A program made the translations under genes and the position numbers. A stretch of 64,000 nt of DNA from Mobula hypostoma (Eukaryota), in NCBI RefSeq assembly GCF_963921235.1, contig NW_026948187.1, forward strand, positions 6,696,001-6,760,000, read 5' to 3'. The notes below the pieces were generated by a model. That model saw only the letters and a program-made list of their open reading frames with translations. It was not told the origin of the DNA and ran no database searches. Of this stretch, positions 38,953 through 50,489 are shown one piece after another. Numbering within the stretch: position 1 is the first letter of the stretch; the number at the start of each line of letters is the position of its first letter.

Positions 38953-40703
38953 ACACGTGCATGTGTGGCGATTGGGAAGGAATCGGTCATAGCAATCGTT
39001 ATTCGGCATGGTGTTTGTCGAAGACTTCGTGGACGGAACGCCTGTTGTTCTGCTTGTCACCACCAGGGGTCGCTGTGAAGAGAAACAGAAAGGCATTGTT
39101 TTTCTCCAGTTGGTATGTGGATTGTAGTAACCAGATGTAACCTCGTGGGCATGCGCAATTCCTTCGACCGTTTACCAATTATGACTAATTGTTTATGTTT
39201 GGACAACCTCTGTGTTTTCACTATGTTTGGAAGGAGTGTCGTTTAGTATTGTGGGGTGTTTGAAGCTCTGTTTGTATTCTTAAAGATTCTGTAGTTCACC
39301 TGAGCTCTGGTTATTTTTGCTGGTTAATTTCTCTAATGCATCTTTTCTTTTGTTTTGAATTGCCGATGTCCCTGTGATTCTTGCACACGAGTGACCCTGA
39401 CAATTATTTTTCTTCTATTTCATTTCATTTAGAGATACAGCACGGCACGTTATCGGACTGAGAGGTGCAAACAGAGTACCTGGCTAGGGGTGGGGGTGGG
39501 GGAGACACACGTAGTCACGTGGCGAAAGTACAAACTCTTTTCGGCCGGCGCCGGAATTGAGCTCCGAAATCAAGAGCGCCCAGAGTTGTAATATCGTCGC
39601 TCAAACCTCGATTGCAATTGCTACGTAAACGTACGACCTGCAATGTAAACCCTTTCTTGTCATTCTCCTCTTCCCCCTCTCTCCCTCTCTCTCTCCTGCC
39701 CCCCACCCTCTCTCTCTCTCTCGTCCCCTCACTCGCCCCTACCGCCGACTCTCTCTCTGTCTCTCGCTTTCTTTCTCTCCCCCGTCTCTCTATCTTCCTC
39801 TCTCTCTCCCCTCCCCCTCTCTCACTCACTGTCTCTTTCTTTCTCTCCCCCCCCGCCCCCTTAACTCTTTATTTGTATCTCTCATCGACTATGCTACTGA
39901 ATGCAGACAGATCACGGTATGACACAGCAGTGAGTGGAGAGAAGACAAGATCAGAATTCAGAACGGAGCGGTACCGTCACAGGAAAAGTACCGAGCAGGC
40001 AGTCAATAAGACAACTGCGTAGACTGTGAAGCGAAGAGTCCATGCCATACTACTGGGAACCGTTCCATAGCCTTTTAAAAGCGGGTTAGACCAAATTCCC
40101 CTGAGGTTGATGTATCGTGCTTCTCGGGGCATGGGCCACGGGCCGTAAAGTGGGAGTAGTGTATATGGGTATCTTGGTCGGCGAGGATCAGATGGGCCAC
40201 GAAGTTTCTTCCTGTGTTGTGTGAGCTTCACTACATGTACCCGATTCAAGCTAATCCTAATGGTCAATTTGGTCAAGGACACTCCTAGCCCGGGCTTTCC
40301 GCTCCCGAGACGCACCTCCCTTTGCGGAAGAAAAACATTCCTTAAAACATTCCACACTCTCACCTAAAGCCTGTGAACGCCTGGACGTGAAACTTACTTA
40401 CACTGCGGAAACGTCTCTGACTATCGACTCCATCAAAACCTCTCATAATTACATAATCATCGGTCCGTGTCGGCCGTATCGTGTTCATTCGTATTTGTGC
40501 GAAATTCGCCTGTGATCCTCCGGTGCAAAAGCACTTTAAACGCTGTAAACCAGGCTAACCAGAGGGGGGCGCTATGGCTGTCCTCGCTCTGACCGGAAGA
40601 CCTGCCCCATGATTTGACTGACAGTCTCTGTCGTCGAGCCCCTCAGTGCGGAGGGCGTTTGCCCTCCTTTTATCGACAGTCACGCCCCTCCCCCAGCGTG
40701 GGA

Positions 40704-40742
40704 GATTTTTGTTCGGTTCCACCATCTGTTCGAGCGGCTGTG
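40704..40742 (-). other. 23-RSS of V10
   Basis: CACAGCC, 23-nt spacer, ACAAAAATC. Confidence 0.93.
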
Positions 40743-41308
40743 TAAACTCCAGGCGCAGAAATAACGAGCCGAGTGGTTCGCAGTCAGACTTTTGGAAATG
40801 AGGTTAAACTGATTGTCCCGCCTCTTCGCCGTTAACCCGTCCGCTGTTTCCTTCGGTTCCAGATGTGTATTGGTTCTCGAGTAGATCAGGTTGTGAGGGC
40901 CTCTCCCCTCGTACTGTCTGTACCAGTACATATAATCAGTATCACCCCCGCCTTCCGCCGTGCACTGCAACTCCATTCCGCTGCCGGGCATGGCGGAGAG
41001 TGCGGGCTGAGTCTGCTAGACGGACACCGAGTTCCCACCTGCAGACAGAGAGCGGGAAATCGGTGAGGAATGAGAGACATGTTGACCGAGTGGGGAGCAG
41101 CGAATGGCGGAAAGAGACGGAAATGTAACAGGGCAGTGAGACGATCAGTCAGCGGCTGGGTGGTGGAACCCGGGAAGAAAAATAATCGAGAATAGAGTAT
41201 CTGATGAATGTGGAAGCGAGAGAGGAGAGAAATTAGACAGCGAACAAAATCAACTAAGCCAATCCAGGTCATGATCCACAGTAACAGAAACATCTTCCCT
41301 CGGTTCAT
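40743..41308 (-). pseudogene. TRBV: TRBV pseudogene V10 (MNRG leader)
   Basis: Leader 41308-41257 has lost its GT donor. V exon 41038-40743 has TAG at 41016-41018 in FR1. Confidence 0.92.
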
Positions 41309-41524
41309 TCTTTCGCAATATTGAAGGAGAAGAGGTGGCAAAGGGGAGGTAGGATCAGGGCGATTCACTCTTTACCGATGGCTGTGACATTATATATCGG
41401 AGATAAGCCACGCCCCTTCTCCTGATTCAACCAATCGGAATCAATGTGACAGTCAATGTAATTCGGTCCGAAACACTGTAATGTACAGTACTCCGTTGAA
41501 TTTTATGTTATCTGCCATATCTTT

Positions 41525-41589
<65 letters not shown>

Positions 41590-41593
<4 letters not shown>

Positions 41594-43063
41594 GATCACT
41601 GCAGAAGAATTAGGTCCCTACAACAGGGCCTGGGAAATGATTATTCAAGGGTATACGTCCTATCGAAAGGACAGACTGATGGGCAGAGGGGGTGGGATGG
41701 CTCTGTTGGTGAGGAATGATCTTCAGTCCCTTGCGTGGGGGGACATAGAATCAGGAGACGTAGAGTCAGTAGGAATGGAACTGAGAAACTCTAAGGGTAG
41801 AAAGACCCTAATGGGAGTTATCTACAGGCCCCCAAACAGTAGTCTGGATGTAGGGTATAAGTTGAATCAAGAGTTAAAATTCGTTTGTCGCAAAGGTAAT
41901 GCTACAGGTGTTATGGGGGATTTCAACATGCAGGTAGACTGGAGGAATCAGGTTGGTACTGGGCCCCAAGAAAGGGAGTTTGTGGAGTCCCTCTGAGTTG
42001 GATTCTTAGAACAGCTTGTACTGGAGCCTACCAGAGAGAACGCAATTCTAGATTTAGTGTTGTGCAATGAAGCGGATTTGATCAGGGACCTCGAGGTAAA
42101 GGAGCCATTAGGAGGTAGTGACCATAATATGGTAAATTTTAATCTACAATTTGAGAGGGAGAAGGGAAACTCGGAAGTGTCAGTATTACAGTTGAACAAA
42201 GGGAACTATGGTGCTATGAGGAAGGAGCTGGCCAATGTTCAATGGAATGATACCCTAGCAGGGATGACAGTGGACCAGCAATGGCAAGTGTTTCTGGGAA
42301 TAATGCGGAAGGTGCAGGATCAGTTCATTCCAACGAGGAAGAAGGATCCTAAGGGGAGTCAGGGGAGGCCGTGGCTGACAAGGGAAGTAATGGACAGTGT
42401 AAAAATAAAAGAGAAGAAGTATAACATAGCAAAGACGAGTGGGAAGCCAGAGGATTGGGAAACATTTAAAGAGCCCGGACAACGGCTTCGACAAGCCGGC
42501 TAAACCAGGTGAGGGTAGACGACGGGTCTCAAACCCTCGGTGAGATAGGGAGTTGTCTATCCCAGCATGTGAAGACAGACTCTGGTGGATTGAGCGGACG
42601 AGACCAATGGAAGGTCCAACGGTCAAGAAGGCGGTCTCTGCAAGCGTCGTGGAACGTGCAGATCAGGACAAGACACAGAAGACGTCCTGGTCATCCACTG
42701 CGTCTAGTCCCATCTCCAGCCGTCTAGACTCTGTCTTGCCACTGGATCCAGATGGGAATTGGGAAGAGAGAGTGAGGCTGACGCTGCGCAACTCTCCCTC
42801 ACTTAAATCCAAATCACGCGTTAGTCTCGACAACATCATTATGGTGTTGAGGTCCTCTTCGACGTCAAGGATGGACGAACAACAACGTGGAGAAAAAATG
42901 AGGTACGAAGGTAAACTGGACAAGAATATAAAGGAGGAGAGTAACAACTTCTTTAGGTATGTGAAAAGGAAAAAAAAATAGTTAAGACAAAAATTTGGCC
43001 CTTGAAGAGAGAAGCGGGTGAATTTATTATGGGGAACAAGGAAATGGCAGACGAGTTGAACAG

Positions 43064-43066
<3 letters not shown>
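41590..43066 (+). mobile_element. CR1 endonuclease-domain fragment with a nested unassigned insertion (about 42475-42885)
   Basis: GVIYRPPN..VMGDFN..ILDLVLCN..SDHNMV. Near-identical copy at 50490-52030. Confidence 0.9.
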
Positions 43067-43113
<47 letters not shown>

Positions 43114-43446
43114 TCTCTATCTCTCTCTCTCTCTCTCTCCTCTCTATCTGTCTCTCTGGCGCTCTCTGTCTCTGTCTGTGTCTTTCCCTCTCTCTCGTTT
43201 TCTCTCTTCCTCTCCGTCTCGCTCTCGTTATCTCTTTCTCTGTCTTTCTTTCTCTCCTGCTCTGTCTCACACTCCTCTCTCTCCTTTGGTGCCTCCCTCT
43301 CTCTGTCTCTCGCTGTCTTTCCCTCTTTATTTCTATCTCTCGCATTGCCGACTCCATCAACGGCTCACATAATTACATAATCGTGATCATTCCCATTCGC
43401 CTGTGATCCTCCGGTGCAAAAGCACATTAAACGCTGTTAGCCAGGC

Positions 43447-43465
43447 TAGCCACAGGGGGGCGCCG
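43447..43465 (+). promoter_or_regulatory. Putative CTCF-binding element 3' of the V11 RSS
   Basis: TAGCCACAGGGGGGCGCCG versus CTCF consensus TGGCCACCAGGGGGCGCTA. Paralogs at 22944, 40556, 48945, 50265. Confidence 0.55.
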
Positions 43466-43594
43466 TGGCTATCCTCGCTCTGACCGGAAGGCCCGCCCCG
43501 TCGTTTGACTGACAGCCTCTGTCGTCACGCCCCTCAGTGCGGTGGGCGCCTGCCCTCTTTTTATCGACAGTCACGCCCCTCCCCCAGCGTTGGA

Positions 43595-43633
43595 GGTTTT
43601 TGTTCGGTTCCACCATCTGTTCGGGCGGCTGTG
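43595..43633 (-). other. 23-RSS of V11
   Basis: CACAGCC, 23-nt spacer, ACAAAAACC. Confidence 0.95.
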
Positions 43634-44198
43634 TAAACTCCAGGCGCAGAAATAACGAGCCGAGTGGTTCGCAGTCAGACTTTTAGAAATCAGGTTGAAC
43701 TGGTTGTCCCGCCTGTTCGCCGTTAACCCGTCCGCTGTTTCCTTCGGTTCCAGATACGTGTTTGTTGTCGAGTAGAGCAGGAACTCAGGGCCACTCCCCG
43801 GGTACTGTCTGTACCAGTACATAGTATCAGTATCACCCCCTCCTTCCGCCGTGCACTGCAACTCCATTCCGCTGCCGGGCATGGCGGAGAGTGCGGGCTG
43901 AGTCTGCCGGACGGACACCGAGTTCCCACCTGCGGACAGAGAGCGGGAAACCGGTGAGGAATTGGAGACGTGTTGACCGAGTGGGGAGCAGCGACTGGCG
44001 GAAAGAGACGGAAATGTATCAGGGCAGTGAGTCTACCAGTCAGCGGCTGGGTGGTGGATCCCGGGAAAAAAAAATCGAGAATAGAGTATCTGATGAATGT
44101 GGAAGCGAGAGAGGGGAGAAATTAGACAGGAACAAAATCAACTGACAGCCTATCCAGGTCGTGATCCACAGTAACAGAAACATCTTCCCTCGGTTCAT
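43634..44198 (-). CDS. TRBV: TCR beta V gene V11 (MNRG leader), functional
   Basis: Leader 44198-44147 MNRGKMFLLLWITTWIG with GTCAGT donor. Open V exon 43929-43634. Confidence 0.95.
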
Positions 44199-45147
44199 TC
44201 TTTCGCAATATCGAAGGAGAAGAGGTGGTAAAGAGGAGGTAGGATTAGGCAGGTTCGCTCTTTGCAGATGGTTGTGATATTATATATCGGAGATAAGCCA
44301 CGCCCCTTTTCCTGATGTAACCAATCCGAATCAATGTGACAGTCAATGTAATTCGGTGCGAAGAATTACAATGTATTCCGTTGAACTGCATGTTATGCGC
44401 CGTGTCATTAGCTCTCTCTCTCTCATACTCACTCTCTCTCCGCCTCCATTTCTCTGTCTCTCTCCCTCTGTCTCGCTCTCTTTCTCTCCCGCTCCGTCTT
44501 TCTCTCTCTCTCTCTTTCCGTCTCTCTCACTTTCCCCCCGTCTCTCCCTCTCCTTCTCTCTTTCTCTCTCTCTCTCCGTCTGTCTTTCAGGCGCTCTCTC
44601 CTCCACTCCCTCTTTCTCACTCACCCGTTATCTCGCTTTCTCTGTCTCTCTTTCTCTTCCTCGCTCTCTTCCTTCCCCCTTCTCTCTCTCTCTCTCTCTC
44701 TCCGACTCTCTGTTGTTCACCGATGAACATTTAGGTCCATAAGACCGTCTGGCTTCTGACCCAGCGCGGATGTCTTCACTCAGCTCCACCGTAATCTCCA
44801 AGCTGCGCGGGTGCGCGGCCGGGCTGTGACTGAAATGCCCCCGCGCACATCGCCTTTGTCGGCGCGCAGCTCGAAATTTATTTTATGAGACTGTCTTGTT
44901 AAAACGCCATTCGCTTTCTCGGGCCGCGTGAAAAAAAAATCCTGTTCAGGGGAATGCCTGGTCCAGGCAAGTATAACAAAATGGAGTGACCGTTTCAGAC
45001 TTCAACAGTAAATTGACTCCACAACCAACAGACTCACTTTCAAGGACTCTACCAATCAGGTTCTCAGTATGATTTATTTAACTCTGATATGTAAATGATT
45101 TTTCTTCGTTTTTACATTGGATGCCTTCAAACTTTCTTTATGTAAAG

Positions 45148-45601
45148 TGTCAGGTACCCCGTGACGGGTTAGAGAAGCAGCAGAAATAGAAAACACTTTT
45201 AGTCTGCGAGGATTGGACAGACTAATAACTCCCCACCGGTCACACCTTTTCCACACTGCGAGAGCCACTGATCGATTCTCCCGATCGATCCTCTAAAAAC
45301 CCACCACTCTGTGGGCACAGCAAAAATCATCCAGTGTCCAAAACCATGTGTCTGTCTGTCTACCAGCTGACCTTCTATTTATCTCACCGTGCTGAACACC
45401 AGCTGCCCTTCAAGTAGCTCCTCCCTTCTGCCTCTGTAGGAGCTCAGAAGCTGGCAGTGTCCTTGCAGAAATTCCAAACAAACTCTGAGCAGTCTTCGCC
45501 TCTCTCTCAATAACAAGGTCTTTGCGCTGTATAGCGCTCTCTCTCTCTCTCTCTCTTTTTAAAAGCACAGTTTATAAGGGGTAATTCAGGATCCCGTCAC
45601 A
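45148..45601 (-). mobile_element. Internally deleted solo LTR, same family as 21793-22758
   Basis: TGTCA..CCCGTCACA termini. Empty paralogous site near 24580. Confidence 0.7.
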
Positions 45602-45784
45602 ATGGTGTTCCATAAATTCAACTGTATTTCGTTATTATCCAGTAGAAATGTGCACGAAAATAAATCTCAAAGGAGCATGGACTGACATAGTCCGGTACCT
45701 TAATGATCAAATTATTTTGAAAAGTAAGTTATTAATGATATGTTATATCTCAGCACAAAGTTGTCTCCCGATAAGGAAGCCTTT

Positions 45785-46087
45785 TTCAGAGGGAGGTCCA
45801 GTGCCTCAGGATTTGAAACTTATTGATTACTGGGATAACATTGTTGAACGCAGATCTGTAATCAGTAAACAGCAGCCTGACGAAGGTGCTGCTGATCTCC
45901 AACGTGGTCCAAGGCCGAGTTGATCACCAGTGAGATTACATCCTGGGGTAGCGGCAGGCGAATTACACTGGATCCATGTCATTGCTTAGGCCGGGTTGCT
46001 TCTGGCCATAACCAACCTTTCAAAACATTTCGTAACTGTGGACGTGAGAGCTGCCGAGCGATAAAACTTGGAGCATCTTCTTAGGCA
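45785..46087 (-). mobile_element. Rex1/Babar RT fragment abutting V12
   Basis: ALTSTVTKCFERLVM..; VRLLFTDYRSAFN-like motif in a further frame. Confidence 0.85.
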
Positions 46088-46090
46088 GTG

Positions 46091-46577
46091 TGAACTCCAG
46101 GCGCAGAAATAACGAGCCGAGTGATTCGCAATCAAACTTCTAGAAATCGGGTTGAACTGGTTGTCCCGCCTCTCGGCTGTTAACCCGTCCGCCGTCTCCT
46201 TCGGTTCCAGATGCAAGTTCTTCGCTGAGTAAAAGAGGTACTGAGGTCCGTTCCCCGGGCACTGTCTGTACCAGTACATATAATCAGTATCACCCGCTCC
46301 TTCCGCCGTACAATGCAACTCCATTCCGTCGCCGGGCAGCGCGGAAAACGCGGCGGGAGTCTGGCGGACGGTCATCGACGTCGCGCCTGTGGACCGGGAG
46401 TGGAACGAAAAGAGAAGACCGGTGTCCGGAGGAGGGCGGCGGAGAGTGGAACAAGAAAGGGGAAATGAAGGGTGATGATAGGGAATGAAACAGCAATTGA
46501 GGGGGAGACACGAGAGGTGCGGTTATAGAGGCAGAAGAATAATCGCCATCTGAAGAACGTTAGATGAGCGAGAGAGA

Positions 46578-46636
<59 letters not shown>

Positions 46637-46721
46637 ACGAAAGTAAGAAATTCAATAAAACCTACGTACAGGTAAACCAGGCCGTGATCCCCAGTAAGAG
46701 AAATGCTTGTCCGTGGTCCAT
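46091..46721 (-). pseudogene. TRBV: TRBV V12 (MDHG leader); open frame but RSS destroyed
   Basis: Leader 46721-46670 and open V exon 46386-46091. After CAC the sequence switches to a Rex1/Babar RT fragment. No nonamer. Confidence 0.9.
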
Positions 46722-49063
46722 TTTAACGCAATACTGAAAGAGAGGGTGACGAATCGCGGAGGTAGGAGCAGACGGCTTTGCCCGTTGCGCTTCAGGACAG
46801 ACATAGGTTTTTAGCCACACCCCTTCCGCTGACTTAACCAATCGGAATCGATGAAGTCGTTAGTGCGGCCCTCTCCACGCAACATAAAGTTTTAAACGTT
46901 ATCTTTAACTTCAAAGATTCCGCGGATGCTGGAAATCCAAAGCGACTCATTCAGAATGCTGGAAGAGCTCAGCATCTCAGGTAGGATCCAAGCAAATGAA
47001 CGTTTCGGACCGAGACGCTTCGCCAGGACCGGGAAGGAGAGGAGAAGAAACCAGAATTAAAAGATACGGGGAAGAGGAAGAGGGATTGCGAGGAATGGAT
47101 AGGAGAAGGCATGTGGGTGAGAAAGGTGACGGTCAGGGGATGAAAGAATCTGTTACGGGAGCTGAGTGAACGAAAGGAGGAAGGAAAGAAGGATGGGGTA
47201 GACGGTGATAGGCAGATGAGAAGAGGTAAGAGGCCACAGTAGGGAAGGAAGAAAAGGGCAATGGGAGGGATTTTTTGAAACCGTAAAGTGAAATCGATAT
47301 TGATACGACCAGGTTGGAAGCTGCACAGACGAAGGGAGAAGAAGCCAGAAGTAAAAGATAAGGGAAGCGGAAGAGGGATTACAAGAAATTGATAGGAGAA
47401 ACTAGGTGAGTGAGAAAGGTGAGGGTCAGGTGATGAAGGGTTCTGTACGGAAGATGAGTGAACGAAAGGGGAAAGGAAAGGGGTGGCCGGCACTTGGGGT
47501 ATAGGGTGATAGGCAGGTCCTGGACGGAACGCCTGTCGTTCTGCTTGTCACCACCAGGGGTCGCTGTGAAGAGCAACAGAAAGGATTGTTTTTCTCCAGT
47601 CGGTATGTGGATTGTAGTATCTAGATGTAACCTCGGGGGCATGCGCAATTCCTTCGACCGTTTACCAATTCTGACTAATTGTTTATATTTGGACTAGCTC
47701 TGTGTTTTCACTGTGGTTCGAAGGAGTCCCGTTCGGTATCGTGGGGTGTTTGAAGCTCTCTGTGTATTCAACTTGCAGGGATTAAATGAGCACGATATTC
47801 TCAATGACCGTCATTGCAATTGTTGCCTTTGGCGATCTTGGCTTTGACTGGACACCGGTGTTCTCCAAGTAGTCCTCAATTCCAACGTGGGTTCCTACGG
47901 GATTATTTCGAGCAGGATGGGGGTGGGTGGGTCTTTCTTATCCCTCTTTGTTCTGTCGCACTGGATCCTTGTCTGACCAGGATCTTCTTGTGTAGGGAAT
48001 ACTTTCCATTCTTCAAGAATGTGTAGTTTTCCTGAGTTCTGGTTATTTTTGCGAGTTAATTTCTTTAATGCATCTTTCCTTTTTTTTTTGAATTGCCGAT
48101 GTCCCTGTGATTCCTGCACCCGAGTGCCCGTCCCACCTCTCACATCCACCTCTCTCTCTCACCTCTCCCTCTCCCACCTCTCTGTCTCTCACCTCTCTCT
48201 CTCCCCTCCTCTCTCTCTCTCTCTCTCTCCCTCTCTCTCTTTTTACTTGTATCTCTCATTCTGTCTGCTACTGAATGCAGACAGATGAGGGTATGATACA
48301 GCAGAGAATCGAGGGAAAACAACAACAGAATTCAGAACGGAGCGGTACCGTCACAGGAAAAGTACCGAGCAGGCAGTCAATAAGACAACTGCGTAGACTG
48401 TGAAGCGAAGAGTCCATGCCATACTACTGGGAACCATTCCGTAGCCTTTTAAAAGCGGGTTAGACCAAATTCCCCTGAGGGTGATGTATCGCGCTTCTCG
48501 GGGCATGGGCCACAGGACGTCATGTGGGAATGGTGTCTATGGACATCTTGGTCAGCGAGGATCAGATGGGCCACGAACTTTCTTCCTGTGTTGTGTGAGC
48601 TTCACTGCATGTACCCGATTCAAGCTAATCCTAATGGTCAATTTGGTCACCTCTATCGTAAACGCACCCACTCCTAGCCCTGGCTTTGCGCTACAGAGAC
48701 ACACCACCCTTTCAACAAGAAAAACGTTCCTTAAAACATTCCACACTCTCACCTAAAGCCTATGATCGCCAGCACATGACATTTATTTACACTGTGGACG
48801 CGTCTCTGACTAGCGACTCCGTCAACGCCTCTCATAATTACAGAATCATCGGTCCGTGCCGGCCGTATCGTCTTCATTCCCATTTGTGCGAAATTCGCCT
48901 ATTATCCTCCGGTGCAAAAGCCGATTAAACGCTGTAAACCAGGCTAACCAGAGGGGGGCGCCGTGGCTGTCCTCGCTCTGACCGGAAGTCCCGCCCCATC
49001 ATTTGACTGACAGCCTCTGGCGTCACGCCCCGTTCGGTTCCACCATCTGTTCGGGCGGCTGTG

Positions 49064-49630
49064 TAAACTCCAGGCGCAGAAATAACGAGCCGAGTGGTTC
49101 GCAGTCAGACTTTTGGAAATGAGGTTGAACTGATTGTCCCGCCTCTTCGCCGTTAACCCGTCCGCTGTTTCCTTCGGTTCCAGATGTGTATTGGTTCTCG
49201 AGTAGATCAGGTTGTGAGGGCCACTCCCCTCGTACTGTCTGTACCAGTACATAGTATCACTATCATCCCCTCCTTCCGTCGTGCACTGCAACTCCATCCC
49301 GCTGCCGGGCATGGCGGAGAGTGCGGGCTGAGTCTGCTAGACGGACACCGAGTTCCCACCTGCAGACAGAGAGCGGGAAATCGGTGAGGAATGAAAGACA
49401 TGTTGACCGAGTAGGGAGCAGCGAATGGCGGAAAGAGACGGAAATGTATCAGGGCAGTGAGACTATCAGTCAGCGGCTGGGTGGTGGAACCCGGCAAGAA
49501 AAAATAATCGAGAATATAATATCTGATGATTGTGGAAGCGAGAGAGGAGAGAAATTAGGCAGCGAACAAAATCAACTAAGCCAACCCAGGTCATGATCCA
49601 CAGTAACAGAAACATCTTTCCTCGGTTCAT
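49064..49630 (-). pseudogene. TRBV: TRBV pseudogene V13 (MNRG leader)
   Basis: Leader donor lost and TAG at 49337-49339. Heptamer CACAGCC at 49057-49063 is present but the nonamer is removed by a deletion (ACGGGGCGT in its place). Confidence 0.92.
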
Positions 49631-50453
49631 TCTTTCGCAATATTGAAGGAGAAGAGGTGGTAAAGGGGAGGTAGGATCAGGGAGATTCACTCTTTACCGA
49701 TGATTGGGAAATTATATATCGGAGACAAGCCGCGCCCCTTCTCTTGATATAACCAATCCGAATCAATGGGACACTGAATGTAATTCGGTCCGAAGCACTA
49801 CAATGTACNNNNNNNNNNNNNNNNNNNNNNNNNNNNNNNNNNNNNNNNNNNNNNNNNNNNNNNNNNNNNNNNNNNNNNNNNNNNNNNNNNNNNNNNNNNN
49901 NNNNNNNNNNNNNNNNNNNNNNNNNNNNNNNNNNNNNNNNNNNNNNNNNNNNNNNNNNNNNNNNNNNNNNNNNNNNNNNNNNNNCTGTCTGTGTCTTTCC
50001 CTCTCTCTCGTTTTCTCTCTTCCTCTGCGTCTCGCTCTCGTTCTCTCTTTCTCTGTCTTTCTTTCTCTCCTGCTCTGTCTCACACTCCTCTTCTCTCTGT
50101 CCTTTGGTGCCTCTGTCTCTCTGTCTCTCGCTGTCTTTCCCTCTTTATTTCTATCTCTCGCATTGCCGACTCCATCAACGGCTCACATAATTACATAATC
50201 GTGATCATTCCCATTCGCCTGTGATCCTCCGGTGCAAAAGCACATTAAACGCTGTTAGCCAGGCTAACCACAGGGGGGCGCTATGTCTATCCTCGCTCTG
50301 ACCGGAAGGCCCGCCTCTTCATTTGACTGACAGCCTCTTCAACCAATCGGAATCAATGTGACAGTCAATGTAATTCGGTCCGAAACACTGTAATGTACAG
50401 TACTCCGTTGAATTTTATGTTATCTGCCAAATCTTTAGCTCTCTCTCTCTCTC

Positions 50454-50488
<35 letters not shown>

Positions 50489-50489
50489 G

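Noticed and set aside
41637-42503. Intact LINE ORF2 or host endonuclease gene
   Set aside because: In-frame stop near 41994, nested insertion and truncation. A dead CR1 fragment.
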